In this document: piece by piece, positions 47,657 to 59,779 of the stretch
How positions within the stretch are numbered: the stretch's first letter is position 1
How the letters are laid out: every line of letters begins with the position of its first letter
Assembly (NCBI GenBank): GCA_002189035.1
Contig: CM007990.1
Coordinates: 5,642,001 to 5,706,000 of the forward strand
DNA: 64,000 nt
Direction: 5' to 3'
From: Utricularia gibba
Taxonomy: Eukaryota > Plantae > Magnoliophyta
The notes under the pieces: model-generated
Told to the model about the DNA's origin: nothing
Databases searched by the model: none
Seen by the model: the letters and a program-made list of their open reading frames with translations, nothing else
Made by a program: the position numbers and the translations under genes

Positions 47657-48120
47657 AATTCAATTCCCACCCGTGCCTACACTTGCCAGCATCTGGCATT
47701 CGGCTTGGGTAGGGATACTCTGTTGTATTATTTACAAGTGTGCATGTTGTCCTGCAATGCAGCTATAATCATATCATCTCATTCAGGAGCTAAAAGCTTC
47801 ATGCATACTGCATAATGTCACTGCTACATATTTACTCTCTGAGGACTACAATATCTGTACTAAGAACACGGACCCAGATGAACAATAGCATCTAAGAGGA
47901 ACAACAGTATTTACGGCAATAAGGTGCAGAAGCCGCACAGTCCGGTGGCTCTAATGGGAGGGGAACAAGTGCAGAGGGCAGGATGGTTTGCCATGATAGA
48001 GATTCTCGGGTCAACAATCAGAAGCAGATCAAATGGAAGGGGTGCAGTGAAGAAACTGTTTCCAGACTCACTGTACAGAAGCAGCTCATCGATGTACCTG
48101 CTGCCCGGTCGATTGCATTT

Positions 48121-51100
48121 TCATATGTATAATTCATGTGACTCCATAGGAGATGACCAGTAACGTAGAAGTGATTCAACAGTCACCCTTCTGGTGGCAC
48201 TCAACATTGAGATGAAGAATCTGCATCCGTCAATCTTGTACTCTTCCAGGGGATTTCGATTCCCAAAGCCTCTAACGTTAACCTGTAGGGTGCATCAAGC
48301 CAGAAGACAGAATATAACGATGATATACAGGGAAATGGTTTCATTTGGGAGGGGTGATGGAAGGTACCGCGGAGCTAAGTGTGTTCATGTTCACAAGATG
48401 ATCCCTCCAGAAGCAATCAAGTGTCTTGACAAGAACCGTCCTCTGAACATGATGAGGATAACATCAGGTTATGAAGAGATAAAAAGCAGGCCGGTGAAGA
48501 AACAACAAAAAAAACATAGTACTGGTACCTCCACTTCTCTAACATAAGCACTGTCATAGCCTGAGTCTCGGATGACATCGAGATAGGAAGCGATAAAAAT
48601 ATCTCCAAGGTACTTGCGGAGAAGATTAACAGTTGATCTGAATCGCCCATCTCTAATACAAGTCATGAAAACTAGAATCATAACAGGGCAGCTAGTAGGC
48701 ATGAAGAATAAGATGATGTTCTTGCTTGAACAAATACTCACTTAACTGAATCATCAGATGATATAGATAGCCAACGTTTCAGTGATGATGTCTTCATGCG
48801 GATGCCTCGGAAGGAAGTTGCAGGATTTGGCAACGCTGGGAGGTGAAATTCATTGATGTCCATGGAAACATGTCCTTGAATTTGGGCTAATGAGAGCAGC
48901 AAAAGTTCTTCATTAACTCCTGAAAATGCATCTAGATACTTCACAAGTCAGGCTAAAGCAGCACAAAGCTCTACCAATGGACCCAAGCAGCTACCAGGAA
49001 GATTTTTTAACTGTGTACCATGCAATAATTCTCCAGAAATGCCTTTACACTCTTTCAAAAGTTTTTCCAGATTCCAGGTTCTGGGGTGCTACAGCATTCA
49101 GAGAGATTGTAAAATAAGAATGAAATATATTCAAGGACCTGACAAGGGGGAAAAAATCCAAACGTATAAAACCTTAGTTGGATCCACATTATTCAAAACA
49201 ATCTCATCCGCCACAGCTTGCATGTACCTGAAGAATCAACAAGTTTTATCATGATTGCCACTCTTATGATAGAGGTTCTTGCCACATGGGTATATTTCGA
49301 ATGTAATCTACTATATCAGTGTGGATGCATAATCAGAAAATGCCCTCATGGTTGCACTAGACACTTATTATAATCATTTTATTTAGCACATTCCGAAGGA
49401 ATACTCATCAGAGGTGAACCTACTGAAAGATTTGTTGTGTGCAGCTGTCTGCATTCCCCATCAGAATCAACTGGCGAAGTTCATAGACATGTTTCCTTTG
49501 CACCTAAGACAGCAAAGATGATGTTAGCTTAGAGTTCATTAAAAAAATTCGAGTGGAGACTTCGTCATATGTACCTCCAAGACTTCGTCAAACTCAACAA
49601 GGCTCTTTCTTATGCCAAAGAAATACCTTTCAGCATTAATTTGCAGTGATAAAAGCTGAACCATATTTACAAGATCATATCTCCAAACCAGCAGAAAGAC
49701 TGAATTGAATATATGGGTGTAAGGATGAAATGGAACACCTGTTTGACAATTGTGTGACCCTCTATTGGGATATCCTCATCGTTTGTGATTTTAGATATAA
49801 GTTGCACTGCCCACTCGGTGTCAAAATTGAACTTCTGAAATATCTCATCCTGCAAGCTGTCAATACAAAATCATTTCTTAAGTAATCAGATAAAGGCATT
49901 CAATTCCACATATAGCTCGTCTCTTGCCAGTATCCATGATTACTAACTCAAGCAAGAAAGAGGGAAAGCAAAACAAAATTTTACCTCACCATAAACCTTG
50001 TGGATCCAGGATCCCCTTGCCTTCCTGCTCTGCCTCGCAGCTACCAAAAACACATAACAAAAAAAAGGCAAATGAAATGCGTTGGTTTTCAATCTAAACA
50101 CGTTTGAAATTGCTTCCCGCAGGTATGAAGTATACGGCATTTTCGTGTAACATCCGGCAATGGTTCATTTCACATATCCACAATCTCAACTCGAGGATAT
50201 GCAGTGATATGCGCGGTGAAATACCATATAACACTTTTTCGCTTGTGCTCACCTGGTTATCAATCCTCCTTGACTCATGCAGAGATGTTCCAATTACATG
50301 AAGACCACCAAGCCTTTTCACCTCCAAGCCTTCTTGAAAACAGTGAGACTCACAATCCTCCAGGACGGATTTATAAGCGATGGCTATGGCAGGGCCAAGA
50401 GAATACGTATCTACTTGCTCATCAACAAGCCTTCGTAACTCTTCTGAATCCATTGCCTGGCTCATTTCAATAGACTTTGAAATTATGGTTCTGAATTCGT
50501 CACAGCTCCATGTCTTACCCTCCAGTTTGCGTGCATATTTGGCTGCTTTGCAAGTTGGAACGTTATAAAACAGAGGAAATGGATGGATGTGTATGCTAAA
50601 GAACCATACTAACACATAAGAGCAGCCTTTTCCAGCAATCCTAATGATGTTGGGCCAACATTCACCATAGAAAATACCTGAAATAACGCTCAGGATAAAT
50701 TAGATAGAAGATGATCAATCCAACAGAAGCATGGACGGTATGATTTAAGGGGCTGAAGGTTTGTCAATTACGTCTAAATGAGTGAGAAGTGAGTAAGTGA
50801 GGATGTGCATAGCGTGTGAGTGTGTTCTTGTCACCAAAAGTTCATGATAAATATTTTTGCACCCCAATTTTTCAAACTTCTAATTAATCCAACACCTCTC
50901 CTGAAGTAATCAAGTCATTTTCGTCATCAGCAATGCCTTCATCCACAGATGGAAACAAAGCATCCTCCAAGATTTTTTCAGACAGCATCTGAAATAGAAA
51001 AACAAATGCATTTGCAACATTTCTTTCAATACCAATGAGTTTCATTAGCTTGAAAACATACAGAAAAGGCATCAGATGGCTTGCACGAGCACTGTTTTAA

Positions 51101-54100
51101 GATCTTATGTAACCTCAAGTGAAAGACCTGAAGAGATATACCTTTGGATTTCCCCCAAGAATAATGTCAGTGCCCCTACCAGCCATATTTGTTGATAATG
51201 TAATTGCATGTTTTCGACCTGCCTGTGCAACAATCTCAGCTTCTCTAGCAGCGTACTGAAAATATATTCTCCGTAAATAATACATTTTAATACTCAGCCA
51301 TATCAAATTGCAGCAATTTTGAAGCATACAGACCTTTGGCCGAGCATTGAGAATGCTGTGAGGTATACCCATTTGGTTCAACAAACAAGATAGATGCTCG
51401 GAATTTTCAACACTGCTCACAAAAGAACAACACAAGCATACTACAAATTACATTCAGCCAATATGAATTTCATCATAAAAGAAGAGCACACCCTGTAGCA
51501 TATTAGTATCAGGAAAGCTTTAAAAACCTATTCTCGTTAGAAACGCCATGAAGAAACTTAGTATTGAAGAGAATAGCATGGGCTTACCTAGTGGTGCCAA
51601 CCAACACAGGTCTGCCAATTCTAAACATATGTTGAATCTCAGCACACACATGATCCCATTTCCCCCGAGCAGTCTGAGACCAGGAAGCGCTTGAAGCATT
51701 AGCAACTGCATTCATAAATGTCAGAACAACAGGGAAAAAAACTGACCGCAAAAGCTTGAATAGGCAAATCTTGACGGATGTTTATCCTATTTGTAGGCAC
51801 TTCAATGACTGGCATTTTAAACATTTTTAAGAACTCCTTCTCCTGAAAAATAAACATCAATCATTTTTTTGACATTATGACAAGCAAAAATGATACAAGT
51901 TTATGGTGGAGAAAAGGGCGCCTCAGTTTTCGCAGTCCCTGTCATCCCTGACAACTTGGGGTATAGTTTGAATAGAGATTGATAAGTTATTTGGGCAACG
52001 ACAACGGTATCAGGCTGCATCAGACAAATCAATGACATAATGAGGATTTGGACTGCAAAGTTAAACACCAAAAAATGCCTCAAGATGTGAAATAAACCTG
52101 AATCTCCAGCCCTTCCTTGGCTTCCACAGCTTGATGAATGCCCTCAGACCATCGTCTTTTTTCCTCTACTCTACCGGTCAACTAAAAAGGAGACAAGATA
52201 TGATATGAAACATACTTACAGATAATCCTAGAGAAATTACTTCTTGGAAAAAAAATGCAATAGACATCAAAACATTGTAAGCAATACACCATTCAGAATA
52301 TTCAGTATTTGCAGGTTAACATCCAAATACCTCATTTATTATTAGAGCCTTTCCATCACGGACAATGTATTGTACGTCCCTTCGATAGAATTCTTTTGCT
52401 TTCAATGCATTCAAAACAAATCTGAGACAAAAACTCTAGTGAAACCAGAATCAAGATGGTGAAATGAAATAGAAGCCCGAAAAAGGCTGAGACAAATGAG
52501 ATTCTATTTATCTGAACGGACCTAGCCCATGGATCCTTCTCGTCCCACAGATCAGCTGTCTCTAATGCCATCTCAGCCAATTCTATTCCCTCCTCTGTAA
52601 GTTCTACAGAATTGTCCTTCAGCTCCAACTTATAATGCTATAAGAAGAAGAAATTGGAAAAGAAACATGGGGAAACGTTAGAAAAGAGCTAACATGGAGG
52701 GCCACAAAAAGATGATTTGACTCACAAACTCACGAATCAGCAACTCTGCTACTTTTGCAGCAACTGGATACCGAGCAGCATCTTTACTTGCCTATGATGA
52801 AAATTATGGTTGAAATAGCAAGAAAGAAGGAAAGTTCACAAGAAGGACATCTTCTATTTATTCAGGGGAAAGGTTTCAGAATGTCAATCTCAACCACATC
52901 TTCTCTATAAACTGACAATTTCTCAGTGTTCGATATGAGAGAGGGTGCAATTCTACTCATAAAGTGTTATGCAGCTTTTTCACAATAAAATATGCAACAT
53001 GAATGAACACCTCGGCTCAAGGCTCATAACATAAATTACCTCACCACTTATTAACAAAGGATTTCTTCCCTCGTCAATGAGCACAGAATCAACCTCATCA
53101 ACAATTGCATAGTGGAAGGGCTTTGGCCTGTTTCGTCAAATACATGAATAAAAAGACTGGTCTGTCCAAAAGATTGCCAGACAGGAAAAAAACAAGTTAC
53201 CATCTCATAACAAACTGTTCACTGCTTCCACAAAGATTATCTCTCAAATAATCAAAACCAAGCTCCTGGGTCAATATAAGTAGCAGTTAAAAAAGAAAAA
53301 AAAAACTTGATAAACATAAATAAAGCCTCCGAAGAAAATATCTCAAAGATGAACACGGGAACTCACAGAATTGTTGGCATATGTAATGTCACATCTGTAA
53401 TTTGATCTTCGCTCCTCAGAGGTCATACCCCTCTGGACAGAGAAATAACCATGCTTGCATGATTTTTTTTGTCAAAAAACTACAAACAATATAAGGTATA
53501 AAAGTTACTTGGATAAGTCCAACAGAGAGACCTAAGAAACGATGAACACGGCCCATCCATTCAGCATCTCGCTGAGCAAGGTAATCATTCACTGTAACCA
53601 CTGAGCAACAAGTACATGTCAAGAATCCAATAACACTGAGCAGGCATGCAATAAAAATTGAAAAGGAAACACCATACCATGAACACCTTCACCACTAAGA
53701 GCGTTGAGATAGGCAGCTAAAGTAGATACCAGTGTCTTCCCTTCTCCAGTTTTCATCTCAGCAATCGAGCCATCATGTAGTACTGCTCCACCAATAATCT
53801 GTGGTAAAAATGATACAAAATCCTGAAGCTGAGCTCTCTTCCCAAAATAGGGTATAACATAAATAATTCTACACTGATAAAATCAACTGATTAGCCAACT
53901 TCAACCTCGAAACATTCTCATAAAAGTTGAATCGCAATGAAAATAAGGTTTCTTATTTATTATAATAACCCGAAATGCATTTGCTATTTCAATTGATGAG
54001 TTTTGAAACCTGAACATCAAAATGGCGCATTCCAAGCCTCCTTTTTGCAGCTTCACGAACAACAGCAAAAGCCTCTGCTCAAAAGCACCAAAAAAATCAC

Positions 54101-54804
54101 TTTTCTTCAAATTCTTAAACACGCTGAAACAAAAGTGAACTGAATGAAATACCAGCTTGAATTTCTGCCAATGTCGCACCATTATAAAGCCTCTGCCGAA
54201 ACTCCACAGTTTTAAAACTTAACTGTTGGAGCAGCAAGTGAGAAAAAATGAAAGGAACAAGAAAGGTCATCGTCAACGAATAATGCAAAGACAACGAAAG
54301 AAAAACAGTGCCAGAAATATGAAGGAAACCTGCTCATCAGAAAGTTTTTGAATCCGGGGCTCCAGCGCGGCTACAGAATTAACTAGCCTGTAGTAATCTC
54401 TGACAACCCAAGAATTCAGGTTGGTCAAGTTACTCCATGTTTCCATCAAATTGCCGACTTTTTCCTGAAACAAGAAGAAAGAAAAACGAACGCTTTAACA
54501 GATATATACTCGTAAATCTTGCATTCCCCATCAAAACTTTTCAATGTACAAGGAACAACGAGCCGGGAAAATCATGATAACGAATGAATAAGTTATAGTC
54601 CCAAACGGGAAAAATATTGCGGACACCAGGGAGCACCTTCAGAGACGCAGTTGTTGCAGATGATTTGCGGTGGCAGCGGAAACTGAGACGTTGACAACGG
54701 GAGGAGATAGAAGAAAGCGCAATACCAGTGGGTGTAACAATAGCGGGGAAACGGCTATCTATGGCGCCAAACACAGTGGGCGATGATGCGCCCAGAGCCG
54801 CCAT
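48121..54804 (-). CDS. SECA2: Plastid preprotein translocase SECA2 (inner-envelope SEC2 system), about 29 exons
   Basis: Transit peptide; [10 protein letters not shown] (Walker A); [15 protein letters not shown]; [22 protein letters not shown]; GMTGTAKTE; [11 protein letters not shown]; [21 protein letters not shown]; C-terminus [31 protein letters not shown]. All junctions traced in phase; one needs a GC donor. Confidence 0.93.
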
Positions 54805-55389
54805 TGGAACTGAAGCTAGTATATTCGCTGTAAAAGCGGGAAGATGTATGACTTCTCCTTCACAGCTAAAAGCCGAGAAAAAAAAAGGTAGGGAGAACAG
54901 GGCTGCTGAACCCTACTCGATAAACCCTACTGAAAGCACGTCTCCGAATTCCTCCAGTTACTGCTAAAAGCTTCTTCCCCAGTTGGCTACGGAAGGCGAA
55001 GAGTGTCCCAGAGGTGGCATTTCGGCTACAGTCATCATTCTTGCTCTTCTTTAGTGTGTTGCCAAATCAACTTATATTTCTCTTCTCTTCTCTACGCCTC
55101 AGAATTCTTCTCTTTAGTTTTCTGATCAGTGCCTACTGACTGAAGAGGGTTCTGAGAAACTTGCTGATCAGATGCCTCGATATGATATTAACGGTTTTCT
55201 AAAATTAGCAGTCAACACAAAGCTTTAACAGAGAAATTCAAGTTCCACACCATGCTTCAATACAGACAGCAAATAACACAATGATGATTTCTACATCCTG
55301 GAAAGGAGACAAAACGGCAAAAAGAAAGGGAGAATGCAGCTTCTGATGTTTGAAGGAACAGGAAACTATGAAATCAATATATATGGCCA

Positions 55390-57288
55390 TCAATTCGCTG
55401 GCTGATTACTTGCAGGGGCGACAGGAATGGAAGCCGCAACATTAACAACAGAGTCCTTGGCGGGTGCCGCAGATGTAGCATCCTTCAACTCCTTGGAGGG
55501 AGCAGTAGCAGGAGCCGGAGGTGGTGTGAGCATGTGCGGAGGGGATTGTGCTTCAACTTCACCAGGATTCCGCGCAACCTCGAAAGCTCAGTTGGCTTAC
55601 CGGGTTTAGGCCCTTGGATAACAGCTACTGATGGTTTCTTGTCCTGATCTTTCTTCTTTCCCCTTTTCTCAATATTGGGCACCTCATTCGGAATGAGCTC
55701 AGCAATGGCTTTCCAGTAGTGTTTATCAGCCTCCTTGTGAAACTTCTCTTCACTTGCTATGTATAACTGAGAAATAAAACTTCCATGTTACTGAAATAAT
55801 CACTAAATCGGCAAATAGCACCACAGCCTATACTTGCTACATTTCATCATAATGTTATTCCAAGAACATGAAGCCAATTAGACGGGATAAACTGATATGG
55901 CTATAGGAGAAGAAGACAAAGAGGGAAAAATAACTACGAAACCTAACTGAGAAAAGGTAGCTCAATATGGAGGCAAACCCAACCTCAAAATGAATTATAC
56001 GAGATCATTATGAGATATCAACTAGATAATCAAGCACATCAACATACCGAGAGCGCCTGAAACATAAATAAAAAGGTAAAAAAGAAACTGAGTCTAAAAA
56101 ATATCCATCTAGCAGTCTACGTCAGGTCCATGCAAGAACAAGCTTAGGAAGGAATTCTTACCTTTTCTTTCTCTCTGTTGGTCGTCTTTTGTGTCTCTAC
56201 ATGGAGCTTCCTTTTCTCATAGAATCCCAGTTTAAATTTCTCTGCTTCTTCAATAATTTGGTTTCGTAGTTCTTTTTCTCTCTTCTCCTTCTCCTCCAGC
56301 CTTATCGCATTCAGCCTGAGACCACAATCCAAACGTATTGTCAGCATATCCATTTGGTAACATATTATGTGGTCCCAATCGACGACTGATCAAGAAGTTA
56401 GAATAAGATGTCCGCTCTCCCCTTGAAGAAGCCAAAGCACTAATAAAACGGATAGAAGGCCTCCTACAAAGATTACTGTCATGAAGTTCGAAATTGAATT
56501 ACTGTTATATGGCTCATTAGAAGTACTTGGAAAAAAAAGATAAAACAAATCATGGATGTAGCAATTATCCCCACATTAAGCTGGGCATTAAATTCAAGTA
56601 AACTGACAAGTAACTGACACCAACGGATCAGGAAAGCTTTTTAAGGCAAAAATTTAAACTAGCGAAGTCGCCGCAAGTCAATGTGCTTTGAAATGAATCA
56701 CAGGAGCATCCATCCAAATCCATAGTTTTATGGTACGATCCCTTATAGTGATCACGAGTTCTAGATCATGAGAAAACATCCGGACTCATTAATATCTAAC
56801 CCAGAAAATCTCGGCAGAATTGTAAAAGGGGCTTCAATTCCGAGATTAAAACTGAAGAAAAATGCGAACTTTTATGGCCCGAATGGGCAAATAAGAACAA
56901 AAACGACAAAATCTGACCTTCTCCACTCACGAAGAGCAAACCCTTCTTCTGCCATCTCACTTGGAGGCGGCAGAATTGGGCCATCGGAGCTGAAGACGCC
57001 CTCTGTTGCCGGCCCATCGTTGAAAGGAGACTTTCCATTGCCGTTCGCCAAGGGGACGTTACCGGATGCTCCGAATGCATCCTGATCCAGACCGTAACCG
57101 AACGGATCGGAGTTGACATGATCCACGTGAACTTCTTCGGGATCCGGGTATTCGGCACCGTAGGGCGCGGCCGCGTGCGGTGGAGTGTCCGGAGTGAAGG
57201 GAGTAAAGGAATTCCCGAAAGGGGCGTAACCGCTTTCCTCAAACGAACGCGCCGCCGCATCGCCGTCGTACTCCTCAAACGATGCCAT
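55390..57288 (-). CDS. CLC: Clathrin light chain, 3 exons; apparent 1-bp frameshift at 55541-55544 in the tail
   Basis: [22 protein letters not shown]|[21 protein letters not shown]|..[44 protein letters not shown]. Confidence 0.93.
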
Positions 57289-57690
57289 TCTCTCTAGATC
57301 ACCGCCTGATTTTTCTCTCTCGGGATTTTGCTTTCTGCACAAGCCACAGCCCAGCCCAACAAAATAACGCGAACAATATAAGTATTTCAATCGCTATTTT
57401 TATATCCTTCTCAAAAAATAATTTTTAATAAGTATTTTTTAAAATAGAAATTGAAATTATGTAATTTTTAAGAATATTTCTAAATTTTTATTTTTTAAAA
57501 TAGATTTCGTTCAATGTCCATGGGGTAATGCGCAATATTCGATCGGAAACTTAAAATTTTAATTTCAATCCTTCATCGAATGATAGACTTTTTAATAATG
57601 AGTTTTGAAATCATATGATGTGGACAGTGTAAATAATCACAATTCGAAAGATATCACATTAGAAGCCAAGTGCTCCAAGTTGGTTCATAA

Positions 57691-57972
57691 AAAAATGATC
57701 ATTCGATGATTCATATTGCCCAAAACATATCATTTTGAACGCTCTTGAGGAAATGCATAGGATCGCATCCCAAATCCGAAAATCTTATGTAATTCTATCA
57801 TACTCACATGATGTAGGAATCGAAAATCACCCTCATGCTAAATCATGATAATTCACATCGTGCATAACATATCATTTCGAAACTCATTATGTTGATCTAT
57901 GAAAAATTGATCATTTGACAAAAATCAAATTATGATGATTCACTTTGCTCATAATATACCGTATTGAAGTTC
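57691..57972. repeat. Degenerate direct repeats in the CLC/GT32 divergent intergenic region
   Basis: Related ~40-nt units start at 57705 (gatgattcatattgcccaaaacatatcattttgaa), 57847 (gataattcacatcgtgcataacatatcatttcgaa) and 57934 (gatgattcactttgctcataatatacc). Also aaaaatgatcattcga (57691) vs aaaaattgatcatttga (57902). Confidence 0.55.
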
Positions 57973-58454
57973 ATTTTGACCTAGTTGCATTGATTTATGA
58001 AAGATCGATTATTCTATAAAATTTATATTGAAAAGTTTATTCAAAATAAAAAATTTATTCCAAATAAAATCATTTTTTTTTTGTAAATCGGAGGAAATTC
58101 AGTAAAAAGTTTGAAAATAATTTACAACGAGCAGAATCACATCTGACATAATTATGGTTTTGGTCCAAACCCATAAAAATGTTGTCGCTTATTTTGATGC
58201 TTTAATGCCTTAAACGTGAGAATGGAGAACAGGGTGGCGCACCTACCGGCTATCACAACCTCCCTCTCTCACGTACTGCTGGCATTTTTTACCTGTCCAG
58301 ATGCCTCCATAAATCATGCAGAAGTGTCGACTCTTAACACGATCAGTACAGCAATACTTTTGTCCTATCGCGTCAAATTATTGATCTCTGAAGATGCTGA
58401 GATCGAGCTGTTGACAGCAACTTCTGAAACTGCTGTTTCCAACTCTCAACTCCG

Positions 58455-59624
58455 ATGGAGACCAAGCCCAACTTTCAGTTTCTACTACTGCATTCCCAGA
58501 GAAGCAACAGATATTTCCCTTCTCTGGTTTTTCTCTTTTCTCTCTATCTCCTTTCGCTCTATCTTCTTTCTTACAACGCTGCTACAGTCGCTTTCCCGCT
58601 GCGGAATGTTTCTTGGAAATCGAATTTGGAAACCCATCGGCCGGTTTCACGGAAAAATCGAAGCTTGGCGGTTGACACGGATAAGGCTTTTGAAGATAGA
58701 GTTATGGAGTTTTTCGAGGGTAATGCCTCTGGTTCTTCATGTGAGCTTCGGTTCTTCATGACCTGGGTTGCAACCCATGAATCTCTTGGAGAAAAGGAGA
58801 TGCTCGCTATAAACAGTTTGTTCAAGTTTCACCCACATGGCTGCTTGATCATAGCTTCCACTTCACTCGATTCAAGGATCGGGGACAAAATCTTGAGACC
58901 CTTTCTATCCAAGGGCCTGAAAATTGCTGCTCTCGCACCAGATTTTGATTATCTGTTCAATGGCACTCCTGCTTTGGCTTGGTACAGGAGATTAATGCAG
59001 GGGAATGTGAGTTCAGGGGATGTGCCATTAGGCCAAAATTTGTCGAATTTGATTAGACTTGGGCTTCTGTACAGATTTGGTGGGGTTTATGTGGATACAG
59101 ATGTCATAATCTTGAAGAGTTTCAAGGGACTCAAGAACGTGATCGGAGCTCAAGCTTGCGACCACTTGACTGGTAACTGGACCAGACTGAACAACGCTGT
59201 GATGATCTTCGACCCGGGGCATCCCCTGCTGTACGAATTCATCAAGGAATTCGCACGAACATTCGATGGCAACAAATGGGGCTTCAATGGGCCTTATTTG
59301 GTTTCTAGGGTAGCCCGTCGACATGGATACAACTTCACTGTGCTGCCGCCGGAAGCCTTTTATCCGGTCAACTGGAGGAAAATCCGAACGCTTTTTGAGG
59401 GGCCGAAGAGCTTGCAACACTCAAAATGGCTGATGCTAAAGATGAAGCGGATTCGCAGCCAGAGCTTCGCACTTCACTTGTGGAACAAGCAGAGCAAAGC
59501 GTTTGAGATTGAGAACGGAAGCATCATCCACCGGATCATCATGAACACTGATTTGAGCAAGAGATTTACAGCGATCAATGGTACAGAAAAATACATTAAT
59601 AGAATAAAAATTGATGTAAATTAG
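58455..59624 (+). CDS. Alpha-1,4-glycosyltransferase family (GT32, lactosylceramide 4-alpha-galactosyltransferase-like), type II membrane protein, intronless
   Basis: N-terminal TM anchor; RFFMTW; SLFKFHPHGCLII; LGQNLSNLIRL.LLYRFGGVYVDTD (DxD); LNNAVMIFD..HPLL; WG.NGPYLVSRV; HLWNKQS. Confidence 0.92.
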   Translation: METKPNFQFLLLHSQRSNRYFPSLVFLFSLYLLSLYLLSYNAATVAFPLRNVSWKSNLETHRPVSRKNRSLAVDTDKAFEDRVMEFFEGNASGSSCELRFFMTWVATHESLGEKEMLAINSLFKFHPHGCLIIASTSLDSRIGDKILRPFLSKGLKIAALAPDFDYLFNGTPALAWYRRLMQGNVSSGDVPLGQNLSNLIRLGLLYRFGGVYVDTDVIILKSFKGLKNVIGAQACDHLTGNWTRLNNAVMIFDPGHPLLYEFIKEFARTFDGNKWGFNGPYLVSRVARRHGYNFTVLPPEAFYPVNWRKIRTLFEGPKSLQHSKWLMLKMKRIRSQSFALHLWNKQSKAFEIENGSIIHRIIMNTDLSKRFTAINGTEKYINRIKIDVN

Positions 59625-59779
59625 AAAAAAAAAGCATTTTTTTTACGGTAGAGGAATTTGGAGTTACTGTTCAGTAATTTGGGAGGAAATTCAAATCGGA
59701 GGTAAAAAAATGGGGCAGCAGTTGAGATCAAATCTCGGCGCGTCCTTGACGACGGGAACCGCCTTGGGTGCGCTTGCTG

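Noticed and set aside
58216-58761. 181-aa ORF overlapping the GT32 5' end
   Set aside because: Starts at GTG and lacks family motifs; ATG 58455 already gives a complete type II membrane GT.
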